DNA from: Dimorphilus gyrociliatus
Taxonomy: Eukaryota; Animalia; Annelida
Assembly: GCA_904063045.1 (NCBI GenBank)
Contig: CAJFCJ010000030.1
Span: 248,001 to 312,000, forward strand
Length of the DNA: 64,000 nt
Reading direction: 5' to 3'
Part shown: piece after piece, positions 52,877 to 64,000 of the stretch
Layout: each line of letters opens with the position of its first letter
How positions within the stretch are numbered: the first letter of the stretch is position 1
Made by a program: the position numbers and the translations under genes
Notes under the pieces: generated by a model
The model's input: the letters and a program-made list of their open reading frames with translations, nothing else
Told to the model about the DNA's origin: nothing
Databases searched by the model: none

Positions 52877-53413
52877 ATTTGATGTTTGTTTGTCACCAAA
52901 CTGTGTTTAATTGACAGTGGTAAGGTCTTTTATACAACTTCATTACTCTTCCATCTGTTATTTCCCAGATTATTTGGTACCAGATTTGTATTTGATTTTC
53001 ATATAGGATTAACAAGCATATTATTATCACTTTTGTTTTAAAAGTATAGACAAGAACATGTTTTCGGCTGTTTCTACCCACCTCCGTCGGAAGTGAGATA
53101 AATTATTAATCTTACATACGACTTCGACTACGCCAATCATTTTCAGATAAAAAATGTTTAAGATAACAAACTTTGTTCAACAGTATAAAGACATTTCAAC
53201 GAACTTTTGATAATGCTCGATTCGTTATCGTTCAACAGGAAGTTATCAAAAGAAAACACATACATACAGTATGCTTGTTAACATTTTACGAAAATCAAAT
53301 ACAAATCTGGTACCAAATAATCTGGGAAATAACAAATGGAAGAGTAAAGAAATTATATAAAAGACCTTACCTCGGTCAATTGAACACAGTTTGGAGACAA
53401 ACAAACATCAAAT

Positions 53414-54341
53414 ATGAAGATTTTCATTGCCTTGTTTGCAGTTGTAGTAGAAATTAACGCCCAATGGATCAGTATGTCTTTGTTTTGTTAAGTATATTTC
53501 CACTAAATTCTTTTCTTCAATTAGGCGATTGCGGTAAAAGCAAATACAGCGATCCTGGCAGAGAACAATCAACTGATAAATTCGGAAGAGTAGTTGGTGG
53601 ATGGGAGTCAAGACCAAATGAATTTCCTTATCAAGTTTGTTTTCAACTTGTTCTTCTTCGCTTTATTCGAATCCTATAAACATTTATTAAATATTACAGA
53701 TAAGCCTAAACATTTTTGGATCTCACAATTGCGGAGGTGTTGTTCTAAACAGCAATTGGATTTTGACTGCTGCTCATTGCGTCTCTTCCGGTTCTACAAC
53801 TGGTTTAGAAGTTCTAGCTGGTGCACATATTAGAAGTAATCCTCATGGTCCTGAACATAGATCTGAAGTTCTTCAAGTTATCAACCATGAAAAATATACC
53901 GATCCAAAACGTTATTCAAACGATATCTCTTTGTTGAAACTCGCTTCTCCTTTGACTCTCAGTGAAGATATTGCTCCAATTTGTAGTCCAAGAGATATTA
54001 CCTACAATGGAGAAACTGTAACCATTTCTGGATGGGGTGGTACTTTTTCCGGAAGTCCAGCAACTGATGAATTGAGATATACGAATGTTCAAGTTTGGAC
54101 AAATGCCGATTGTGAAGGACCATATCCAGGTAGCATTGATGAAACTATGATTTGCGCTGCTGCTCCAGGACGGGATACTTGTCAAATGGATTCTGGTGGT
54201 CCATTGGCTTATAATAACAATGGCAAATTCGAAATTGTTGGTTTAACTTCATGGGGAAGAGGATGCGCTCTTCCAACTCACCCCGGTGTGTATGCTAGAG
54301 TTTCTCCTCAACTCGAATGGATCCGTGAAAACGCCGTTTAA
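53414..54341 (+). CDS. trypsin-like serine protease T11d (= T11a), Met193 variant
   Basis: Exons 53414-53471, 53525-53634, 53700-54341. Carries the T11a-type variants. Confidence 0.94.
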
Positions 54342-55556
54342 GAAAACATCTTTCTCATGTGTATCTTTTTGAATGAGTTATAATTTCAGAAAGATGCTCT
54401 CCACTGATTTACATTCAATTCTTCATGTTGAATTCTATAAGAATACAGTATTTTAACAAGTAATTCATCGTTTGGTAAATTTTAGAGTATAAGTTTTTCA
54501 TAGAATGTTTCAAGATTGATGATCAGAATGTAATTCATTGTTGGTTAATTTTAGGATAATATTTTTTCATTTAAGCAGTTTGAATTAATTAGTTATTGTA
54601 CACTAAACTGTTGCCATGAAGTTTCCTTTTTGAATTTTAGCTTTGTTTTGGTGCCAAAATATTAGAAAATAACGAATGTTGTTTTCATAGTGACATTAAG
54701 ATTGACATTTCATAAAATATTACTAAAAATAACAAGAATTATCACTATGTAAGATAATAAAAAAGATTTTCAATTGTTGGCGTCTTTCTAAAAATATCTC
54801 ATTAACTATTTAATAATTATACTAATTATTCGGATAGTTCCACATTCAGAAGATGAAAGACAGCTGTTTTGTATAAGATGTTAGCATTGACTTAATTAAT
54901 CCATTATTATGTACGTAAAGATTTGTAAAATGAGAATGTATTGAGTATCTGATGAATTTCTAATTCATTTATTTTGATTAACTTGTGGAAATGTTAACGG
55001 CACTACATTCAGATAGAAATATTACATTGTAAAGAGTAAAACACTTTTTTGTAAAGGTATAAATACTACTATGATTTCTTATTGATTGATTACAATATCT
55101 ATAGTTGAATTAGAAAACTTAGACGTTTTTTCTAGTAGGATTTCAACATTTAATGATAAATGGTATTTGGGTTTACATTGCTCTACACTAATCTTTAAGA
55201 TATTGGATAGTATAAGAATATTATTTTGATAGCTTAATGAAAGATGATTTTCTCCTGTTAATATCAAATTTTTGCCTTTTATTATCATCTTAAGACTACT
55301 TTTTTCCTGAGACTTTTAATAATAGTTATAAAGTATATAAGATAACCATATCATCAGAATTGGTCAACTACTTTACATTAACTAATACTCAGAGTGTCTT
55401 CTAAGTATTTGATTCAACTTTACTAAACATTTCCCAGCCTTTATTCTTTTTAATGATTAGAAATCTTTGACTTTTAGAGTTGCTGAAAGAGAGACAATTG
55501 CTAATAAATACGGTAATAATCAGTTCAATTTATTCAAAATTTATAAAGATAAAACT

Positions 55557-56329
55557 TTATTTTGCATTATCGGCAATCCATTTAAGTTGAGCACTGACTC
55601 TTGAATATACACCAGCAAAACCTTCGAGAGCGCAACCTCTTCCCCACGATGTCAAGCCCATTACTTCAAATCTTCCGTTATTATTGTAGGCCATTGGACC
55701 ACCGGAATCTCCTTTACATGTATCTCTTCCTGGAGCAGCGGCACAGACCATTGTTTCATCAATACGATCAGGATACGATTCACTGCATTTTGCGTTGGTT
55801 TGAACTATGACGTAGGTATATCTCAATTCTTCTGTAACATATCCTCCCGAATAGGTGGTTCCCCATCCCGAAATAGTAACAGTATCTCCTGCATAGTCAA
55901 CTTCTCTTGGTGCACATGAAGGAGCGACGTTTTCGTTAAATATTAACTTAGTGGCCAATTTAAGAAGTGAGATATCATTTGAATGACGATTAGGTTCATG
56001 CCATTCTTCTTGATTCTTTACTTGTAATATTTCAGATTTTTGAACAGCGGGATCCGAATCTTCGAATCGATTGTGAAGACCTGCAATAACTTTTAAACCA
56101 GAATTACTTCCACTTGAAACACAAAGAGCAGCAGTTATAGCCTAGTCGCTATTAAGAATGACTGCTCCACACACATGACTATCACATCTTGTTAAACTTA
56201 ACTGAAATTATATTAGTAAGAAAAACTAAAGTAGAGTGTTTAATTAAAAATTAATTAATAATCAACTTGATAAGAAAATTCGTTCTTTCTTGTTTCCCAT
56301 CCAAATGCTAAGATGATGAAAGTTTTCAT
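55557..56329 (-). pseudogene. trypsin pseudogene T10, copy b
   Basis: Mirror of 38610-39382 with the same exon fusion, TAG and His-to-Leu change. Confidence 0.9.
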
Positions 56330-59300
56330 AGTGTTTTCAGTCTTCTTCAACTTTGAAAACTTTAACTTTAAGCATCTTTTCCTTCTTTATATACTTTTGA
56401 ATTAGAGAAATTTTTGAAAATTTTCCTATGGAAAACAAGTACCAAAGTGTTAAGAAATGTCTTCTTCCCAAAGATAATTAACATCCAAAGAGGAAACTTT
56501 TTTCAATGTGATATATTTGGATGCTTATGACTGATCAGTTATATTAGGACTTTTTAATTTTCCATGAATTTGCATTAACAAAAACTATTTTTAAAAATGT
56601 TTATTCATCTTTATCACACATTCTGACATGAAGAACATTATTTAATTCATTTAATTATTCGTCTTAGCAGTTCAAAAGTAGTCTATGCATCAAAGTTACA
56701 ATTATTTGGTAGAGATTTCGTTATAGATAATAATGACAAAAAAAACGATAGAATTCGTGCAAATTGCCAATGAAATGCAGACTAAAGCACCATCTAGCGG
56801 TTTGAGATATCATTAAATTACTTAGAATTGAACAAACTTTTGTAAGAGGATATTAAAATTAAGTAATAGATAATAATAATTATTGTAAGAAAACTAATTT
56901 GGCAAGCAATAGAAAGGATACTTAGAAATAAGGTAGCATGTGTGATGAGCTCATCTTAATATAGAAACTAGTATTTAAAAAATAAATGCCCGTTAGGTCT
57001 ACAGCCTGGACGGAATCGCGTCTTAAACTAATAGCTAACTGTTGAAGAGTAATTTCCATATTATATTTAAAGACATTTAATCCTTGTATATGTAGTCTAT
57101 AGGTTAAATAACAATAACAATATAATCCAGATATTGGACTTCTTAACAAGGAAAATATAGATAAACTTTCAATGACTGATACATTGTCATAGTAAAAGTG
57201 GCAATAATAAATATATATATAGCATATAGAGTATATATACTACATACAATATAAAAAATAACATAATAAAGATGTAAAAATATAATGCTTATGTGAACTA
57301 TAGCATTTATGTGATGAATGAATATAATATACAGTAAAACTTCTCATAAGTTTTTACTACAGACATATATACATGTATATATTTTATGTATACAGGATAT
57401 CAAATCTCCTTATCCATTTATTCTTTCTCTTTCTGCTCTTTCTTTACCTTAGTATCGACTAAGTCAATTAAGTAATTAATTACAAGCAAAATAAGAAAAA
57501 ACTGATGGAAAGAGTGTGTTGCTGTTAACGTTAAAACTTCAGATTTATCAATGATATCAACAACAAATATTCTGAAAAGAAAAGGTTCTACTTTTTGCCT
57601 CATGTTTATGATAATATAGTTTTTTCTCAACATTCTATATATAGTAGATATATATATATATTTAAATATAGCATATTTATAGGTAAATCATTTAATAAAA
57701 AGCAATTAAAATACTACCATACTTCTATGGTACTAAATATATATAATATGGGTTAATATAAAATAATTGCATTTTCTTATCTATTTAACTTTTAAAAATG
57801 TATGATAAATTGGTATTAATTTATGTTTTTTTTTTCTTTACAAGTCATAAATGATAACAATATTGCATTTAGCAGACATTTTTTCTCAGAACAAAGGTTT
57901 CTATTCCTATTCCTTTTTTTTCTTAACAAACATACATATTTCATATTTAAAAGGTATAAATGTATATACAGTATATATAGTGTATATATGTATAGATAAA
58001 ATTTAGATAAAATATATTAATGATTATAAATGCTAACATAGGAAGAAGAATAGTAATTCTTTTTAATTAGTTCAAAAAAATTGATTAAAACTTATAAAGA
58101 ATGTAAGAAAGATAACAGATATCCCTTATTTTAAATAAAAATACTTGATCTTTCTTAACCTTTGAAATTGATTAGGAACTAATTTTACTCTTGCTCTCTA
58201 CTATCTATATGTAATGGTAGGTTATGAGATATAACTAGACTGCTATTTAGAGTTTCTATATTTATAAAAATATATAGTTTATACTATATATGTAATTGTT
58301 TAAATTCATTTTTTAAATTTTTGTTAAACGCCATCTGCTGGTGATCGTATAATATTTCTCTATAATACTTCTTAGAAATAGTAGTAGGTATTAATAAGAA
58401 AGAAGTGAAAAATATTCTTGAAAGGGTAAGTAAACGTATTTAAATATATATTTTGTTTAAATTAAGGAATCCTACAACATCTTGGACATTATGACGATCT
58501 TTATCAGTAACCCGATTAAAAACGTATGTTTCGTATAGGTTGAAAAGTTTTCTTTAACTGAAAAAAGGTTTTGTCGTTAGGATATAAAAACGATCTTTTC
58601 TTCCCCGAAAATATGCACACGTATAAATATTTTTGTCTTTGTCATTCATTCTCTCTGTTACTGCCTGATTGTCTATCATAAATTTTCTAAAATGGACAGA
58701 GCTATATTACGCATTATGCCATTTTATTTAACATTTCTATTATTCACCATCACGAAATGTTTCGCTAAAGAAACTTATCAAGGCCTATATTAATTTTCAT
58801 AGTCTTAAACGACAACTAATCGTACGAGACAGAAGAATATTAAAATTAAAAAAACAAATTATATATATATACATCGGTACTATAGATGGCGACTGATGGC
58901 CTGTAGATGCATTCTATATGCGTAAAGGAAATGCACATATATAGTGCAACATTGTACTGTAGTAAACATTAAGCTCCCACTTTTTACATGTTGCATGGCA
59001 AAGTATAACTTTTAGTGGACAATTTTTACTACTGTTTTATGTCTAGTTAACTGATCATTTTATTAAAATTCTATTAAATTTTGATTGGTATATATGATTC
59101 ATTCTGATTAGACTTAATTTTATATTTAATAAACTGCTGCTACTATCGAAGTAAGGGGCGGGGGTGGAATGAGGAGCTTAACTTTTAAAACTGGGCGTGT
59201 TCCAAAAATCCATTTCTATTCCCGGTTTTTATTATAATTTTAATCCATTAATCCTTTTAAGGATTTTGGCCAATGGGCAATCCGCCAGATGTCGCTGAAA

Positions 59301-59972
59301 AATTACCCGATCAGTTTCGGAATCGAATGGCAATTAAAAAAATTGAGGGCTGCCAAAAAAAAGGTAGCTGTTTAACGTTTACACATTGGTCTAAATATTG
59401 ATAAATTAAGAATTTCGTAATTTTTAAATTAAATAAGAAAATGGGGAATAAACAGTTAAAAAAAGAAAAAAACAGAGATAGAAGCCGATATTTAGAGAGA
59501 CAAAGAGTGAGGCAAAATTAGTGTGAAAAAATAGGGGAAAGGAAACGGGGGAGGGGCAGGTCCTTTTTCTCAATCTGTTAGAAAGAGTGAGAGAAAAATC
59601 GATGGCGAAAAACGTGTTTTCACCTGTAAGTCCCCTTATCTTTAAAAAGCCCGTATCTCACCTAGCCAGGGCTGATAGCCGTTATCTCTTATCGGGACGT
59701 GCCTATTATATTATTGAACTAAAAAACCTGCCGTTTTATATTCTCCTATACCCCAGCCCCGTATGGAGTATTAGTTAAAAAAAATTTTTTTTTAATAATA
59801 AATAAGCGCTGCTGGGCGGTATATGTTACATAAGTCGGCGCGGCGAGCGAAGGGTAGGCCATGCTGGTACGTGTTTAGAAGGGGAGAAACCAGCTCAAAG
59901 TCCGACATTCATCATTGTTCTTATCAGTATTGTTCGAACGCGGGTGACAACAGTTTGTGACGTGGCGCCGAT

Positions 59973-60965
59973 ATGAATTCTACTACTACAAAATCGCTAC
60001 AGCATTCCGTACTGCAATTGTTCAACGAGCGTATCGCTTATTCGGAAAAATTACAGATTATCGGCGTCATCTGCGTTACGGCGGATGGATGCGACGATAA
60101 GGAACTCGTTATAAAATTAAACAACACCCTAAAAAGAGTTACGGAGGATGGCGGAGGCGGTGGTGGTGAGCAAGGCTATTTAGTTAAGGGCGAAATAGAT
60201 GTGGAAGTTGCTGATACACAAGATGATGACGGAATACAGAGAAGCGGCAGTTCTCGCAGAAAATCAAGAGTACAATACCGCGTACCACCTCAACACAATG
60301 ACTTTACTTCGGATAATGAAGAAGGGGATAGTTCTACATCAGTCTCTTTAATGAGACCGTGTAGCTCTCCGGAAGAAACTGAAATTCAGCCATCGCCTAA
60401 CCCAATGCCGAACGGCCATGCGGAATTGCCTACAAGTTTAAACGATTTTCAAACCTTCATAGGGGGTTGGCCTTCTCTTACCCTACCCAACCCTATTACC
60501 CCTAAACCTGAGGGAACAGAGAAAAAACGTGGAATTGAATCGGATTATTTGATTGACAAGTTACAAGGCTCCGTAGGTGATGGTAGAAGAAGAAGAAGAC
60601 GTCTACCTGACGATCAACTGACAGCAGAGGAGATCGCTGAATATATGGGACTGACGACAACAAATCCGAACGCCGGAAACGGACCGTTTCGTTGCAAATT
60701 TTGTGCAACAGAGGCTCAAGATTTGACCAAGTATCTCTCACATACCTTATCTATTCATCACGCTTATATTTGTCATGAATGCGGAAAGAACTTTACTACT
60801 AAGTCGTCTCTTTTACGCCATAGACCTATTCACACAGGTATGAGACGATATTCTTGTCGTATATGCTCTAAGACGTTCTACAGAAAGGACAAATGTAAGG
60901 CTCATATTAAACGCCATCTTGGTTTAGAAGGACCAGCTCCTACTATGGAACATTCCGTTGCTTAA
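59973..60965 (+). CDS. single-exon C2H2 zinc-finger protein, 330 aa
   Basis: Three fingers: CKFC..LSHTLSIH, CHECGKNFTTKSSLLRHRPIH and CRICSKTFYRKDKCKAHIKRH, with a TGMRRY linker. Acidic/Ser-rich middle and basic RRRRR. GC/CpG-rich upstream region (about 59800-59970). Confidence 0.93.
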   Translation: MNSTTTKSLQHSVLQLFNERIAYSEKLQIIGVICVTADGCDDKELVIKLNNTLKRVTEDGGGGGGEQGYLVKGEIDVEVADTQDDDGIQRSGSSRRKSRVQYRVPPQHNDFTSDNEEGDSSTSVSLMRPCSSPEETEIQPSPNPMPNGHAELPTSLNDFQTFIGGWPSLTLPNPITPKPEGTEKKRGIESDYLIDKLQGSVGDGRRRRRRLPDDQLTAEEIAEYMGLTTTNPNAGNGPFRCKFCATEAQDLTKYLSHTLSIHHAYICHECGKNFTTKSSLLRHRPIHTGMRRYSCRICSKTFYRKDKCKAHIKRHLGLEGPAPTMEHSVA

Positions 60966-62069
60966 TGACATGTTAAGTTTTCTTTATTTAAGATTTTTCC
61001 TCCCTTCCCGTCTCTATATCATCCTCGTCCCGCTTCTCTTTACCCCCTATCTCTCGTCGTTATTTGTTAAACTGTCTAATTGTTTTTCTTAACATTGTCT
61101 TCTCTATTCTCATTATCTTATATCATTTAACTGTGCTTAAAGATTCTTGAATGGTCAATTTTTATTTATTTACTAAAAAACAAACACTGCGGAGAAAGTT
61201 GAAGGACGAGGTTGCCAAACCCCTTTAAAAAAATTATTATTTTGGGTTTTAAGGGAAAAAGGGAGAGAAACTATTCCAAAAAAAACCCTCCAGAATAGTA
61301 ATTCGAACTTATAAAAACAATATTTAACTACTTATTAATAATTAGGTAAGGAGTTTTGTGTTATATTTTAAATATATTAAAGCGATTAATAAATATGAAA
61401 ACCGGTAGAATATGTATACAATATTTTGTTTTAATGATGAATAATAATAGCAGAGGTCGCATTTAGAGGGTCGTGTAATTCTAGATGAAATTGTTTTTCC
61501 CTCCGTTATACAGGCGCATTCAAGCCCTATATAATGCATTTTAACGACCAGCTAGTGTGGGAGGGGCTCATCAAAAAAAGGGGGTGGATATTGAAAAACA
61601 AAGGTCTATCTTTTTACTTGATCGATATTTTCACTGATACGGTAAATAATAATATTATTAAATAAGTAAATAATTGAAAAATAGCTTTAAAAGCTCTTTA
61701 AAATTGGGTTATATCGTCAAATATGGCCACATACCAAAAAAAAAAATCTAGGTATATACGTAATAATAAACCTTTCGTAGGCTGATCTCGTTTTATAGTT
61801 AAATGTATAATTAACTGATTAATCACACCCCTATTAATTAATTGTGTGTATGTGTAAATGTACATGTCCCCATTTCTGGTATTAGAGAATTTTTTTTCCT
61901 TGTTGCTTTTTTTTATGCATGTTTTTTCGTTTCTTTCTATTTTTGCTTCCTATCATCAAAGTCCTTTTTTTCGCTAAAAAAGAAAATATTTGACTTATTC
62001 CTGATTATTGCTATTACACTTAAACGCTACTTACTTAAATATTAATGTAAATATTTCAATATGTAAATT

Positions 62070-62093
62070 TATATATATATATATATATATATA
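62070..62093. repeat. (TA)n microsatellite
   Basis: Run of about 11-12 TA units. Confidence 0.85.
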
Positions 62094-63544
62094 TCAATAA
62101 AACAATGCGCTTATCATCCAGAATCAGCGCCCTCTGCGCTCAATAAATTCTACACTCTTCTCGTATCAGGGTGGGTACTGATAAGGCAAAATTATGAGTC
62201 AGAGCAAGTTGTAATGCTATAACAGTTATAATAATGGCATAATAGGCCACAATTTTTGTGTAAATTCAACTACAAACCACGCTAAATGTAGACGTAAAAA
62301 TGTATAAGTTTACACGTAGGTATACACAAAGATTTATATGTATTAAAGATAGTTTATAAGAAAAGTCGCTTAAATGGAAATTAGACATTCAACTGTGCAA
62401 TAAATATAAATGGTTAAATATCAGATGTATATTCATATACGTACTTAACATAAACTTAGGAATGCTCATATTAACTATGTTTACCACGGCTATTACACTT
62501 TTTACATAATTCGTATTTGTAAAAGAGAAAATTCTCTCTCAGTATAACCTAAACCCTCGTTCCGGTTGATTTTGTTTATGCAAAATGAATTCGAATTAAT
62601 TAAAACCGCCTAAAACGTTTGAATAAACAGGTGCATTGTTAGAACACTGCCATATGACCGGGTTGGAAAAAATAGGCGCAGCCTAAACCCAACCTAACCT
62701 AAGTGTTTTTATGTAATTTTTTTAAGACGCATACACTTATATATACGAAAAAGGAAAGTTTAAAGGCTCTACTGTATATTCCCTTCTACGTTGATATTAT
62801 TCAGCATAGAACTTTTCTCAGTTTGGGTACCCTTGCCTATTAGCATCCAAAAAACTATCGGTGGTCTTGTTGAAACAAGACTTTTTCGTTATGTAACAGA
62901 ATACCGTACTATTTAAAATCTGCTTTGCTTTTAGGATGTTAGGTTTTATTTTTTTCTGTATAATTGTTATTATATTCTCCTAATTATAGTAAATTTTCAT
63001 TTATTGCATTGTACTTTTATGCATTTTCCGTCTTTTTTAAAATTCTGTACCCTTATTTTTTTTAACCACCCACACCCCTATCTTTAACCCTCATCCCACG
63101 AAATCCGGTTCTATTATTCTTCATCAGCTATTAAGGCTACCTTGTCGCCATCTACTTTCCTGCTCTTTCTCACCCTTTTTTTTTCCTGTTTTAAAAAGGG
63201 CTTAGCTTCAAGTCCCTGTGAGCGGTGCCTAATCAAAGAGAATCGTATTTTACAGAAATCGTTTTTAAAAAAAAAAACACGAAAGAACAACAACAACAAC
63301 AGTTTATTGTTTCGTATGTCAAATAAAGATGCACTATACTTTAGGCCTCGGTAATTTTATAGCTTTTATACAACATATAAGCTACAAAATTTGTTCATCT
63401 TCTCAATTTTTCCATCTATATATATTAAAATTAATATTTATTGAATAGAAACTATCTTGAAAGACGAAGAACAAAAAGTTTCCCTAGATTTAGCAATAAA
63501 AATGAATAAATAGTCATAAAGATAAGTAGAAAACCTTAGAAGAT

Positions 63545-63600
63545 ATAGAGATAGAGAGGCGGGGACAGAGAGAGAGAAAGAGAGAGAGAGAGAAGAGAGA
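63545..63600. repeat. (AG)n-rich microsatellite
   Basis: 'agagagagaaagagagagagagagaagagaga'. Confidence 0.85.
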
Positions 63601-64000
63601 ATCAAATGAGATACAGGGAGGCGAATAAAACGATATAAAGAAAGAGGAAGGTTGAAAAAGAAAAGAAAGAAGATATCTTAAGAAAGATACAAGTTAAAAA
63701 GAGTGGGAAAGAGACAAAGACAAGGGAATCAATTCCCTCAATATCGTAAAAAAATAAATAAACTCGAGTTAGCTCAGGAATTTTAAATAGGCTAATAAGA
63801 GTAATATTTCCCATAAAATGGTATGCATATTGAACAGAAACTGATACGAGAAGAGAATAGAGAAATTTATGATGTTTTCTTTCAAATCAGAAAAAAGTAT
63901 TTTACTATAAGGTGGTAAATGATCTACATCATCTTTCGACAATAAAAAAAAATCAATTTGACCATAGATAACCTGGAGAGAAGTAAAAAGAAAAGTATAA

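Larger units (their letters stand above)
51808..57595 (-). repeat. right arm of the 5.8 kb inverted repeat
   Basis: Reverse complement of 37344-43131. Outer junction at 'ctactttt|tgcctc' (57595). Confidence 0.95.

Noticed and set aside
13699-54185. Antisense/alternative-frame ORFs over the trypsin genes (e.g. 17299-17664, 17498-17689, 31774-32097, 40754-41023)
   Set aside because: Shadows of the trypsin codon usage. They recur only because the genes are duplicated and show no independent motifs.
58380-58520. GTAAGT donor and ttaag acceptor suggesting a small gene
   Set aside because: No convincing start or extended ORF on either side.
61342-63814. Short Phe/Leu-rich ORFs at the right end
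   Set aside because: Products of T-rich and AG-rich low-complexity sequence; no domain or splice support.
1-64000. CRISPR arrays, rRNA/tRNA genes, prokaryotic operons or defence systems
   Set aside because: None seen. The window is intron-containing animal DNA and the repeats are gene duplications, not repeat-spacer arrays.

Overview
AT-rich animal genomic DNA with very short (about 50-90 nt) GT-AG introns. The propeptides resemble earthworm fibrinolytic trypsins and the zinc-finger N-terminus looks lophotrochozoan, so an annelid-like compact genome is likely (inference; species not determinable). Left to right: (1) three tandem 3-exon Ly6/uPAR (three-finger, Quiver-like) GPI-anchored genes at 0.9-8.1 kb. 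(2) A 13.5-56.3 kb cluster of 16 full-length 3-exon trypsin-family (S1A) loci: 13 intact, 1 with a single-base frameshift and 2 copies of a triple-lesion pseudogene, plus 2 fragments. (3) Decayed BEL/Pao LTR-retrotransposon pieces and probable Tc1-like relics. (4) A single-exon C2H2 zinc-finger gene at 60-61 kb. The ORF track misses the signal-peptide and propeptide exons; I rebuilt them by hand from splice sites. Most notable: a five-copy protease subfamily with Met in place of the oxyanion-hole Gly193 (CQMDSGGP); a recurring E-box-N4-TTC(C/T)CA promoter element resembling the vertebrate pancreatic PTF1 (Ptf1a + RBPJ) site; a 'palindrome of palindromes' (5.8 kb inverted repeat 37344-43131 / 51808-57595, each arm holding a head-to-head gene palindrome); patchwork templated rearrangements; and CTCF-like motifs around the cluster. 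All alignments and counts were done by eye.
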